From Corynebacterium glutamicum ATCC 13032 (GTDB taxonomy: Bacteria > Actinomycetota > Actinomycetes > Mycobacteriales > Mycobacteriaceae), in NCBI RefSeq assembly GCF_000011325.1, contig NC_003450.3:960001-992000 (forward strand): a DNA stretch of 32,000 nt. The letters run 5' to 3'. Under the pieces are notes generated by a model. The model was given only the letters and a program-made list of their open reading frames with translations, was not told the origin of the DNA and made no database searches. The position numbers and the translations under genes are program-made. Positions 17,738-26,675 of this stretch are shown here, in pieces. Every line of letters starts with the position of its first letter. Position 1 is the first letter of the stretch.

Positions 17738-17798
17738 AAAATTGTGGTGTGTGAATCTTGGGGGGAGGTTTGGGGGAGGTTCACACGCCACAATTTTT
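17737..17798. terminator. Bidirectional intrinsic terminator between convergent cmt and tetR
   Basis: A 19-bp stem pairs 17737-17755 (AAAAATTGTGGTGTGTGAA) with 17780-17798 (TTCACACGCCACAATTTTT), with one T:G position and a 24-nt G-rich loop. An A-tract on one side and a T-tract on the other suit termination in both directions. Confidence 0.6.
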
Positions 17799-18378
17799 AT
17801 TTCTTAATCCAGGCGCATGCCCGACGGATCAATGCGACTCCATCTTCTATGTCCCGGGGCTCGGAAGCTTGGTAAAACGTATGCAGCGAGGTTGCAATTG
17901 CCGCTGCATGCAAATGGATCAGAGTTGCCGCATCGAACTTGTCAAGGTCTTTGTCACGTTCAACCATGAACTCAAGCAACGGAGCAATGAGTCGCTCCTT
18001 ATCGATAACACACTTGATGGGGTCAAGATTTTCAAGGATCTCACCGATTCGAAACATTGCGCTGAAAGAATCCATAGCGTCATCGCCATCCCGCAATTGG
18101 TTTATCACCAATTGTTCAATGGCATCTCGTGGGGGCACGCTTGTAGGAAACTCGTATAGCTGATCCGTGAGTTCCTGAACGCGAATGACCACAAATTGCA
18201 CCAATGCGTCTTCCCGAGAAGGGAAGTAGTTATGAAAAGTCCTGGGGGAGACCCCGGCTGCAGCTGCAATGGCCGCAACCGTGAACGCCTCAGGGCCTTC
18301 CATCAAGGCGATCTCCGCAGCAGCACGTGACAATGCTGTCCGCGTAGCAGCCTTTTTTGTTTCTCTAAGCCCCGACAC
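17797..18378 (-). CDS. TetR-family transcriptional regulator
   Basis: 193 aa with an N-terminal HTH TVAAIAAAAGVSPRTFHNYFPSRE. The GTG start lies 14 nt inside the 3' end of the upstream MMPL gene, which suggests an operon. Confidence 0.88.
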   Translation of the reverse strand: MSGLRETKKAATRTALSRAAAEIALMEGPEAFTVAAIAAAAGVSPRTFHNYFPSREDALVQFVVIRVQELTDQLYEFPTSVPPRDAIEQLVINQLRDGDDAMDSFSAMFRIGEILENLDPIKCVIDKERLIAPLLEFMVERDKDLDKFDAATLIHLHAAAIATSLHTFYQASEPRDIEDGVALIRRACAWIKK

Positions 18379-20740
18379 CTACATTTTCCTTCAGTTCCTC
18401 GGTGCGAGCCTCATGTAGTTCACTAAGACCCTCACCTTCAACATCAACGTTGGGAAGAATCTTATCCAACCACTTAGGTAGCCACCAAGCCTTGTCATCA
18501 AGCAGGAACATTGTTGCAGGGATAATCATCATGCGAACAACGAAGGCATCGAAGAACACAGCAACGGCCAGAGCAAAGCCCATGGTCTTAATAAACGCCA
18601 TGTCCTGCGCTATGAATGCCGCGAACACAGACACCATGATCAGCGCCGCAGCAGTGACCACGCGGGCACCGTGCTTGAAACCATTCGACGTTGCGTTGCC
18701 CGCAGTCTTGCCCTTGGTGAAGCCCTCACGCATACGAGTAACGAGGAAGATCTGGTAATCCATGGCCAGACCAAATACCAGGCCGATGAGCATGATCGGC
18801 AAGAAGGACAGCAGTGGCTGAGGATCGTCGATGATGCCGAAAGCACCTTCTTGGAAGATCGCCACGGTAGCACCAAAGGTAGCCAGAACTGACAAGCCAA
18901 AGCCCAGAGCCGCGATCAATGGGACCCAAATGGACCGGAACACGAGCAACAGCACGAGGAACGCTAGAACCAAAACGATCAGAACGTAAGGAACCAGGAC
19001 GTCGCCGAGGCGAGCAGAGATGTCATCGTAAATTGGGGTGACGCCAGTAATGCCATACGTCGCGCCGGTGTCATCAGCGAAGGTCTCAGCATCTGCACGA
19101 AGAGTTGCGAGAGTCTCAGAGGTGCGCTCATCGATCGCATCAAATTCTGGGGTAATCAGGATCTGCGCGGTATCGAAATTCTCCGTGGTCTGAGTGATCT
19201 GAGCATTCTTCACACCATCAGTGTTCAAGAATTGCTCCACCGCCTGTCCAAACACCAATGGGCGTTCTTCCTCAGGGACGTCGGTTGCGTCGATAAGCGC
19301 AATCATGGGCGCGTTGCGGCCCGGGCCGAACGCATCTGCCGTCATGTCATACGCCGTGCGCGGCGCGGTGCCCAGCGTGGAGGTGCCATCAGTCGGCATG
19401 GCCAGGCGCATATTGGTCGCAGGAATTGCGATTGCACCAAGCAAAACGACGCCAACCAGCAGGTAAGCCACCGGCATCTTGCGCACAAGGCGGACCCACT
19501 TCAGACCCATCGTTGGCTTCTCGTCCTCAGGATCCGGAACCTTAGGTCCAGGCACGCGTGCTGCGAAGATGCGAGTGCCAAGCAGGCCAAGCAGAGCTGG
19601 GAGGAAGGACAGAGCAACCAGAACTGCGATGGCAACGGTGATTGCGGCAGCAATGGCCATCACGGTTAGAAATGGAATATTAATGATCGACAGAGCAACC
19701 AGAGCGATCAGCACCGTGGTACCCGCGAATACAACCGCAGAACCCGCAGTGCCCACAGCCATTCCCATCGCATGCGCACGAGCAGCCAACGGCATGGTGC
19801 GCAGACGCTCAGCCAATTCCTTTGGCTCCAGATCATTAGCGCCAGTCTGAGAAATCAACTCATTGCGGAAACGGGACACGATAAATAGCGCGTAGTCGAT
19901 ACCGACAGCCAGACCAATCATCGACGCCAGGGTAGGAGTCATGTCATTGACCGAATCAGTAAACGCCGTGGCTAACTGAATGCCCATGATGCCGATTCCG
20001 ACACCAATGATTGCAGAGATCAGCGGCATACCGGCAGCGATGAACGAACCGAAGGTCACGATAAGAACGACCGCAGCCACCAGCAGGCCGATGAGCTCAG
20101 AGGTCATGTCCAAGCTGGTTGCAGCTGCGCCAAACACGTTGCCGTTGTAGACAACAGTCAGATCGCCGTCATCGTATTCATCAAGAATATTGGTGACCTT
20201 CTCACGATCCTCTGCGGATATATCCATGGCAGAATCTGCATCAAAAGTCATCGAGATGATGCCGGTAGTCTCATCTGCACTCAGTGGACTAATCGACTCA
20301 ATATCTGCGGCGATCTTCTCCGCAGGTACACCCTGAGCCTCCAGGGCTGGGGTCATCTGAGCAGCCACACCCTGCGCAGCCAACACAGGATCCACAACGG
20401 AATCAGCATCCTTCAGCACACCAGTCGCCCGAACCTCATCAAGCATCTGGTTTACTTCAGCCCCAACCTCAGGATCAGTGAGGGTCTTGCCTTCCGGTGC
20501 CTGAATGACGACAGAACCAGTGGGAGCCGATGTTGCATCATCCGAACCAGGGAAACGCTCCTGCATCTTCTCCATGGTCGTGACAGAATCAAGACCAGGG
20601 ATAGAGAAGCTACTCGACGTTGGCTTGGCATACAGCCCCGCCAGCGTCGTGATACCTATGAGAATCACGAGCCAGACCGCAAGAAACGGCCATTTCTTTT
20701 GATAGGCCGTGGAGCCTAACTTATACAGGAATTTCGCCAC
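18365..20740 (-). CDS. cmpL3: MMPL-family RND transporter (corynebacterial CmpL)
   Basis: 791 aa with 12 predicted TM helices in a 1+5 / 1+5 arrangement and two large loops. The GTG start is preceded by AAAGGA. The symbol comes from remembered locus numbering (NCgl0887) and should be verified. Confidence 0.85.
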   Translation of the reverse strand: MAKFLYKLGSTAYQKKWPFLAVWLVILIGITTLAGLYAKPTSSSFSIPGLDSVTTMEKMQERFPGSDDATSAPTGSVVIQAPEGKTLTDPEVGAEVNQMLDEVRATGVLKDADSVVDPVLAAQGVAAQMTPALEAQGVPAEKIAADIESISPLSADETTGIISMTFDADSAMDISAEDREKVTNILDEYDDGDLTVVYNGNVFGAAATSLDMTSELIGLLVAAVVLIVTFGSFIAAGMPLISAIIGVGIGIMGIQLATAFTDSVNDMTPTLASMIGLAVGIDYALFIVSRFRNELISQTGANDLEPKELAERLRTMPLAARAHAMGMAVGTAGSAVVFAGTTVLIALVALSIINIPFLTVMAIAAAITVAIAVLVALSFLPALLGLLGTRIFAARVPGPKVPDPEDEKPTMGLKWVRLVRKMPVAYLLVGVVLLGAIAIPATNMRLAMPTDGTSTLGTAPRTAYDMTADAFGPGRNAPMIALIDATDVPEEERPLVFGQAVEQFLNTDGVKNAQITQTTENFDTAQILITPEFDAIDERTSETLATLRADAETFADDTGATYGITGVTPIYDDISARLGDVLVPYVLIVLVLAFLVLLLVFRSIWVPLIAALGFGLSVLATFGATVAIFQEGAFGIIDDPQPLLSFLPIMLIGLVFGLAMDYQIFLVTRMREGFTKGKTAGNATSNGFKHGARVVTAAALIMVSVFAAFIAQDMAFIKTMGFALAVAVFFDAFVVRMMIIPATMFLLDDKAWWLPKWLDKILPNVDVEGEGLSELHEARTEELKENVGVGA

Positions 20741-20992
20741 GATTATCCTTTAATCTAGGAGTTGACTGTTCTTCTGGGCTTTCCAATTATTCGGACGGAG
20801 TCCCTTTAGGAATTTTTCAGCCTGAATGCAATTTTGCACAACGAGCGCAAGTTTAGCTTTGGGTGTGGTGTTGATTAAAGTTCGAAGACTAATTTGTGGG
20901 CAATCTGGTTTTTTCGTAATTGTGTGGGATGAATCTCTTAAAAATTCACATTTAGCAGGACAAGCATACTGTTTTAGTTCTATGCTGTGGGC

Positions 20993-21493
20993 ATGACTCA
21001 AAGTGCTCCAGAATTCATTGCCACCGCAGACCTCGTAGACATCATCGGCGACAACGCGCAATCATGCGACACTCAGTTTCAAAACCTTGGAGGTGCCACA
21101 GAATTCCACGGAATAATAACCACCGTGAAATGCTTCCAAGACAACGCCCTCCTGAAATCCATCCTGAGCGAGGATAATCCTGGGGGAGTGCTGGTTATCG
21201 ATGGCGACGCATCCGTGCACACCGCGCTAGTTGGCGACATCATTGCAGGACTTGGAAAAGATCATGGTTGGTCCGGAGTAATTGTCAACGGAGCAATTCG
21301 AGACTCCGCAGTCATCGGCACCATGACCTTTGGTTGTAAAGCCCTTGGAACCAACCCGCGGAAATCCACTAAAACTGGTTCCGGCGAACGAGACGTAGTG
21401 GTATCGATTGGTGGCATTGACTTCATTCCTGGTCATTACGTCTACGCGGACTCTGACGGAATTATCGTCACCGAGGCGCCAATTAAGCAGTAA
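20993..21493 (+). CDS. rraA: RraA family protein (RNase E regulator / aldolase family; formerly annotated MenG)
   Basis: 166 aa counted from ATG 20993 ([16 protein letters not shown]), with GGVLVIDG and GDIIAG...NGAIRD motifs. Confidence 0.85.
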   Translation: MTQSAPEFIATADLVDIIGDNAQSCDTQFQNLGGATEFHGIITTVKCFQDNALLKSILSEDNPGGVLVIDGDASVHTALVGDIIAGLGKDHGWSGVIVNGAIRDSAVIGTMTFGCKALGTNPRKSTKTGSGERDVVVSIGGIDFIPGHYVYADSDGIIVTEAPIKQ

Positions 21494-21621
21494 TTTGTTT
21501 TGACGACGCAGTAACGCAATCGGGGATTGTGGTCGATTCTTTAAGCAAGGGTAATGTCGAAACATCTAGGCAACCCGACTTTTATGTCCCTGCTTGAGTT
21601 GAAAACTGCTGTCGATCAAAG

Positions 21622-22290
21622 GTGCCCCAATTGTTTCATGCCGTGAGTTTTGCATTAATGGACTCCGTAAATGTCCTGCTCATTGGCATAATCGTCGCGA
21701 TTGCTGCTTTGCTGCCTCGCAAGGGTAAATATGGGCCAATCGCCACGCTACTGGTTGCCGGCGATTGGCTTGGCGTTTTCCTCCTCAGTATTTTGGTGAT
21801 GCTCGTTTTTGATGGACTAGAGGATTTAGTTCAGGGCTTTTTGGATTCAATCTGGTTCGGAGTCATCCTTCTTGTAACTGGCATCGTTTCCTTCGTTGCG
21901 ACACTGGTTTCTAAAACCGACAGCACTAGAAAGCTTGATGGATTCCTAGCGCCAGTAAAAACTCCTAGTTGGAAAACTGTTGGAGCCGGATTGATCCTTG
22001 GAATCGTTCAGTCAGCGACATCTGTACCTTTTTATGCAGGGCTTGGATATTTGAGCGTTGGCAATTTCAGTCCAGAAATTAGGTATGGCGGACTTGTGGT
22101 CTATGCGACCTTGGCTCTGAGTCTGCCGATTATCGTGGCAATTCTCGTTGGAATGGTTCGCAAATACCCTGAAAGTCCTGTTGGTAGGTTGTTTGAACTG
22201 ATTGGTCAAAATAAAGAGAGAGTCACCAAATGGTCGGGCTATCTCGTGTCACTGGTTCTGTGCATAATGGGCATTACTTCGATCCTGTAA
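21622..22290 (+). CDS. Integral membrane protein, GAP/Sap-like family (uncertain)
   Basis: 222 aa with about 6 hydrophobic helices and visibly lower GC than its neighbours. The start is GTG 21622 or ATG 21658. The family call is from memory only. Confidence 0.6.
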   Translation: MPQLFHAVSFALMDSVNVLLIGIIVAIAALLPRKGKYGPIATLLVAGDWLGVFLLSILVMLVFDGLEDLVQGFLDSIWFGVILLVTGIVSFVATLVSKTDSTRKLDGFLAPVKTPSWKTVGAGLILGIVQSATSVPFYAGLGYLSVGNFSPEIRYGGLVVYATLALSLPIIVAILVGMVRKYPESPVGRLFELIGQNKERVTKWSGYLVSLVLCIMGITSIL

Positions 22291-22806
22291 CTAGCGCATG
22301 TACTCATGAGTCACTAGTAGCCAACTATTGATTCGAAGGTCAGCTTCCCTCGAGGAAATTCCTTTGTGGAAGTCTTGATACATGCTCGAGGATTCTTCGA
22401 GTGGCTGGAAATGCGGGTAATAGTCTTCATGCTTCACAGTTAAAAGAACTGGCGTCCCATAAGAGTCTTCGAGGCCTGGGAATTTGCTTGCCAAGAATCC
22501 TGGGATGCGAACCTTTTTCATCACATTGCGATAATTCAGATATGTCATGAGGTCAGAGTGTTCCACCTCAACCCAACCTCCATAATCGAGCTTCTTCTTA
22601 CCTCCATCGATGGGGATTTCGATGTTTGATTTGATGAAATGACGCTTCGGTTTCGGGTTCAAAATTTGGCACACCGATGATCCTGTAGAAACTCGATGTC
22701 CGCGCGATTGAGCCTCTATAACGGGGTCGGGGAGCTTGAGGTTAAGTGCAGGTGCTCCGAAGTGTGCAACGCCGCAGTGTTCGCACTAGAAATGGCCAGG
22801 TTTCAT
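22291..22806 (-). pseudogene. DUF2199-like gene interrupted by an in-frame TAG at codon 7
   Basis: AAGGAGA (22817-22811) and ATG (22806-22804) open MKPGHF, followed by TAG at 22788-22786. The same frame then continues without further stops (CEHCGVAHFGAPALNLKLPDPVIE...) into the 127-aa ORF 22291-22674. I checked this codon by codon. Confidence 0.65.
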
Positions 22807-22870
22807 GATTTCTCCTTAAATTTAGAGTGTGAGACACCCATAGGCTAGGAGAGAATGGGGGAGAGTGGCG

Positions 22871-22931
22871 CTTTGAGGTGCCTGCCGTTGTGGATAACCA
22901 TTTTGAGGTACGCGTTACCTGTGGATAACTC
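22871..22931 (+). repeat. Two tandem about-31-bp units, each TTTGAGGT-N11/12-TGTGGATAAC (contains a perfect DnaA-box 9-mer)
   Basis: TGTGGATAA (reverse complement TTATCCACA) occurs at 22889-22897 and 22920-22928. TTTGAGGT occurs at 22872-22879 and 22902-22909. A degenerate third unit starts at TTTGA (22934). Confidence 0.9.
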
Positions 22932-23099
22932 TCTTTGACCTGGAAGATTGGAGAGATTTAGGGAAGGATTGGGCGTAACTCTAGTGTGATCAGCTTTTGA
23001 ATAAGTGTTTGAATATCACCCTTGCGTTCGAAAGTGTGAGCGGGTAAGGTGGGTGATAACAACGCGGGGAATAGATCAACGGGAAAGGGGGAAGACACC

Positions 23100-24653
23100 A
23101 TGAGCATCACCACACACGTCCAAGCACTCACCACAGCACTCAACGCCATCGACAACCATTTGGCCAGCATGCTTGACCATGGTGTCACCCCAGACCAATA
23201 CAAGGCCATCGAGCCCGACCTCATCGCCCTAGAACACACCATCAACCACCACGCCACCATCGCCGCCCAAACCACCGCCCTCGCCGAACGCACCAATGCT
23301 GCGCAGTCGATTGGCTCCACCCACCTCATCGACTACCTCACCACCACCTTCGGCCTATCTAAAGCACGCGCCCACCACCGCATCAATCTCGCCCACTCCC
23401 TCTACCCCATACCGAAGCCAAACTCTGGATCTGGCAACGGCGGTAATGGTGGCAATCCCGACGGTGGTCCTGATGGTGGCGACTCGGGTGATGACGACTC
23501 CGGCGATGATGACCCCGACCCCGAACCGGACAAGCCTGAAGACGGCAAACCTGATAGTGATAAGCCCCGTAGGCCACGGATCAGCGCGGAAAAACACGCC
23601 ATCATCACCGACGAACTCGCCCGCCTCAACCCGAATACCACACCCAGCGCCGAGGAACTGCGCAACCAAGCCCTGAGTCAGGCGATCTGGCGCACCCCAG
23701 AAGACCTCCGCACGTGGCTACGCCACCAGGTCACCACCGCGAACAAAAACAACCCCAACCCCATCACCGCCATGAAAAGGCGCTACCTCTCAGTAGGTAA
23801 ACCCGATGCCGACAACATGGTCCGCATCAGCGGCCTCGTGCCCGCAGCCACCGCAGCACTGATCACCGCGAACACCGCACCGTTAACCAAACGCGGCAAC
23901 CTCGTGGATCTACCAGCAGCAGAAGATATGCGCACCCGAGGGCAACGCCATGCGGACGCGTTGCATCACATCATGGAGATCTACAACCACGGTATTGTCA
24001 CCCCAGCTCGTGGTGGAACAGCCAGCATCATCATCTCCATGACCACCGATGATCTTGACGAGATCAACCACGCCAACAGCAGTGGTGAAAGTCTGCTTAA
24101 CAACCTGTACCCCACCAATACGGGTTACTCATTGAACTTGGCGGAGATCATGAACCTCATCGCTGCGAAATACGACTTCGCTGTGCTCCTCGATGGTGAG
24201 ACGGGGCAGCCGTTGAACGTCAATCGGATGCAGCGCTCAGCGAACCTGACTCAACGCATCGCGTTGTTTGCTTCTGAGTTGGTGTGCTCGGCACCCAATT
24301 GTGATCGGCCGCAGTTAGAGTGCGAGGTTCATCATTTAGATCCCTGGATGAGAGGTGGGCTGACCAACCTGGTCAATCTCACGCATCAGTGCTTTAATCA
24401 CCACCCACGCAACGATGATTCCAGGAGTGGGGTCAATGGTAAAGGGTTTATGGACCGCGATCCTGCTACTGGAAGAGTGGGGCACTACCCAGTGGGTGGT
24501 GAGGGGCCGGTGTTTAACCGGTCGGCTGCTGCTGATCGTTCCGGTGGTGCGTGGGCGAGGCGTAAGCATCATGGCCCGCCACCCACACCGCCGGACCCGC
24601 CGGATCCGCCTGGTCCTGAGCCGGATCCTGGTGATGAGGGCAGATTGTTCTAG
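23100..24653 (+). CDS. DUF222 / HNH endonuclease (REP13E12-type)
   Basis: ATG 23100 is preceded by a GGGAAAGGGGGA purine-rich stretch. The product is 517 aa with HNH motif CEVHHLDPWMRGGLTNLVNLTHQCFNHHPRN. The long N-terminal region resembles the DUF222 family of mycobacterial 13E12 repeat proteins, from memory. Confidence 0.82.
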   Translation: MSITTHVQALTTALNAIDNHLASMLDHGVTPDQYKAIEPDLIALEHTINHHATIAAQTTALAERTNAAQSIGSTHLIDYLTTTFGLSKARAHHRINLAHSLYPIPKPNSGSGNGGNGGNPDGGPDGGDSGDDDSGDDDPDPEPDKPEDGKPDSDKPRRPRISAEKHAIITDELARLNPNTTPSAEELRNQALSQAIWRTPEDLRTWLRHQVTTANKNNPNPITAMKRRYLSVGKPDADNMVRISGLVPAATAALITANTAPLTKRGNLVDLPAAEDMRTRGQRHADALHHIMEIYNHGIVTPARGGTASIIISMTTDDLDEINHANSSGESLLNNLYPTNTGYSLNLAEIMNLIAAKYDFAVLLDGETGQPLNVNRMQRSANLTQRIALFASELVCSAPNCDRPQLECEVHHLDPWMRGGLTNLVNLTHQCFNHHPRNDDSRSGVNGKGFMDRDPATGRVGHYPVGGEGPVFNRSAAADRSGGAWARRKHHGPPPTPPDPPDPPGPEPDPGDEGRLF

Positions 24654-24860
24654 CTCTTGTTATTGCTGAGTTGTTGTCATGTTGCTGTGCCTGTTGTCAG
24701 TCGCCCCAGTGTGTCTAATACCGGGCACACCCATGCCTTGCATCAACATACCGACAAGCCAGCACACCCCGAACTGGCCAGCCGGGCCCGGGCCACCTGG
24801 AACCTGACGTCGACAAGCAAAAATCCCAAGCAGCCCAAGCCACCAAAGCCGCCCAGTTAA

Positions 24861-26510
24861 TTACTCAGCTACCAGCGACTCCAGCACGAAATCAGGGTGC
24901 TCCTTCTCGATGAAGGATAGGCGCCACTTGTCGCTGAACAGTGCAATCAGTTCGCCGTCGGTGCGGGTGAAGATTTCCACGCCGCGCTGCTTCGCCAGTT
25001 CCGGTGCGGTTTCGGCGGTGGTGCGGCGGGCGACGGAGTATGGAATCGGATCGGCGACGGTTTCGACGTTGTATTCGACTTCCATGCGGGCTTGCATCAC
25101 TTCGAACTGCATTGGGCCGACAGCGGCCATGACTGGGTTGGCGTCGCCACGCAGGTCGTTCTTGAGGATCTGGACGACACCTTCGGAGTCCAGCTGCTCG
25201 AGGGCTTTGCGGAACTGTTTGTATTTGCCGAGTGATTTGGCGCGCAGGATGCGGAAGTGTTCTGGCGCGAATTTTGGCATTGGTGGGTATTGGATTTTTC
25301 GGCCTTCGAAGATGGTGTCGCCTGGTGCGAGGGCGCCGGCGTTGACGAGGCCGACGATGTCGCCGGGGAAGGCGGTTTCGACGGTAGAGCGGGTGCGGCC
25401 GAAGACGGTGAGGGCGTATTTGGTGGAGAAGCTGCGGCCGGATTGGGAGTGGGTGACTTGCATGCCGCGGTCGAATTCGCCGGAGACGACGCGCATGAAG
25501 GCGAGGGTATCGCGGTGGTTTTTGTCCATGCCGGCTTGGACTTTGAAGACGACGCCGGAGAAGTCGTCGGTGGTGTCGCGGTGGTCGTCCATTGCGGAGG
25601 TGGCGGCTTCGAGGGCTTTGGGGTCTGCGTCGCGGCCGGCGGGGGATGGTGCGAGTTGGCAGAGGGTGTCCAGGATTTGGTGGACGCCGAAGTTGAGCAT
25701 CGCGGAGGCGAAGATCAGTGGGGAGGTGGTGCAGTTGAGGAAGAGTTCCTGGTCGTGGACGGCGCCGTCGGCTGCGAGGAGTTCTGCTTCTTCGGTGGCG
25801 TTTTCCCAGACGTCGCCTTCGCGTTCGATGGCTTCTTCTGGGGTGTAGAAGTCTTCGGGGGCAATGGTGGAGCCGCCGGCGGTGCGGGTGAAGTGGATGT
25901 ATTCTTCGACTTCGCCGTCGTTGTTGATGCGGGCTAGGCCGCGGAAGTCGCCGGCTTCACCGACTGGCCAGAACAGTGGGGTCGGTTGGAGTTCGATTTC
26001 TTTGACGATTTCGTCGACGAGCTCGAGTGGGGTGCGGCCGACGCGGTCCCATTTGTTGATCACGGTGATGATTGGCAGGCCGCGGGCTTTGCAGACGCGG
26101 AAGAGCTGGAGGGTTTGGGGTTCGAGGCCTTTGGCGGCGTCGATAAGCATGACTGCTGCGTCGACGGCCATGAGGACGCGGTAGGTGTCTTCGGAGAAGT
26201 CGGCGTGGCCTGGGGTGTCCACGAGGTTGATCATGAAGGGCTCGCCTGCGTGGCCTTCTGGTGCGTACTCGAATTGGAGTGCGGAGGAGGCGATGGAGAT
26301 GCCGCGGTCTTTTTCCATTTCCATCCAGTCGGAAACGGTGGCTTTGCGGCCTGCTTTGCCGTGGGTGGCGCCGGCTTCGGAGATGATGTGTGCATGCAGC
26401 GCCAATGCCTCGGTGAGGGTGGATTTACCGGCGTCGGGGTGTGCGATTACGGCGAATGTTCTGCGGCGATGTGCCTCGGCGGCGGTGGTGTCGGGATTGG
26501 CGTTGCTCAT
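24861..26510 (-). CDS. prfC: Peptide chain release factor 3 (translational GTPase)
   Basis: G motifs are AHPDAGKST, DTPGHADF and NKWDR. I chose the start at ATG 26510 (MSNANPD...RRRTFAVIAHPDAGKST) by analogy with the short N-terminus of known RF3 proteins. The 45-codon upstream extension is rejected. Confidence 0.9.
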   Translation of the reverse strand: MSNANPDTTAAEAHRRRTFAVIAHPDAGKSTLTEALALHAHIISEAGATHGKAGRKATVSDWMEMEKDRGISIASSALQFEYAPEGHAGEPFMINLVDTPGHADFSEDTYRVLMAVDAAVMLIDAAKGLEPQTLQLFRVCKARGLPIITVINKWDRVGRTPLELVDEIVKEIELQPTPLFWPVGEAGDFRGLARINNDGEVEEYIHFTRTAGGSTIAPEDFYTPEEAIEREGDVWENATEEAELLAADGAVHDQELFLNCTTSPLIFASAMLNFGVHQILDTLCQLAPSPAGRDADPKALEAATSAMDDHRDTTDDFSGVVFKVQAGMDKNHRDTLAFMRVVSGEFDRGMQVTHSQSGRSFSTKYALTVFGRTRSTVETAFPGDIVGLVNAGALAPGDTIFEGRKIQYPPMPKFAPEHFRILRAKSLGKYKQFRKALEQLDSEGVVQILKNDLRGDANPVMAAVGPMQFEVMQARMEVEYNVETVADPIPYSVARRTTAETAPELAKQRGVEIFTRTDGELIALFSDKWRLSFIEKEHPDFVLESLVAE

Positions 26511-26675
26511 GGGTATTAAGAATAGCGGGTTGTGGGCGCTGGGCCATAGTCGCCCCAGCTCAGCGAAGTTGTACGCCGGCGTTGCCTGCTTGTCGACGTT
26601 TTTTGCCACTTCCCTTAATTCGGGGGTGGCTGAAATGTAAGACACGTCACTACATTTAAGCTCAAAAACAACTAC

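Noticed and set aside
16197-17781. Identical 13-mer TTTGGGGGAGGTT on both sides of the mycolyltransferase gene (16197-16209 and 17769-17781), plus a tandem GGGGGAGGTT duplication in the terminator loop
   Set aside because: For 32 kb, the expected number of chance same-strand 13-mer pairs is about 32000^2/2/4^13, or roughly 7-8. A single shared 13-mer is therefore not evidence for flanking repeats of a mobile unit, and there is no longer similarity around either copy.
20750-21061. 103-aa minus-strand ORF in the cmpL/rraA divergent region
   Set aside because: It overlaps the rraA start and the promoter region. It has no SD sequence, an AT-rich odd composition and no motif, so it is probably non-coding.
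23028-23043. SOS-box-like sequence TCGAAAGTGTGAGCGG about 57 bp upstream of the HNH gene. It seemed relevant because I recall that some mycobacterial REP13E12 members are LexA-regulated.
   Set aside because: Against the remembered C. glutamicum LexA consensus TCGAA(A/C)ANNTGTTCGA, only 10 of 14 defined positions match. The left half-site matches 6 of its 7 defined positions (TCGAAA), but the right half matches 4 of 7, with GAGC instead of GTTC. That is too weak without a PWM score or binding data.
24657-24860. 67-aa plus-strand ORF after the HNH gene
   Set aside because: Its product is low-complexity and Pro/Lys-rich, generated by the 9-bp periodic sequence. It has no SD sequence and runs into the prfC stop, so it is probably spurious.
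24910-26640. Several long plus-strand ORFs (312, 226, 177, 151 and 106 aa) opposite prfC
   Set aside because: These are antisense shadows of a GC-rich gene. Their products are low-complexity (runs rich in G, A, V or S, R, P). The minus strand carries a full RF3 with G1-G4 motifs.
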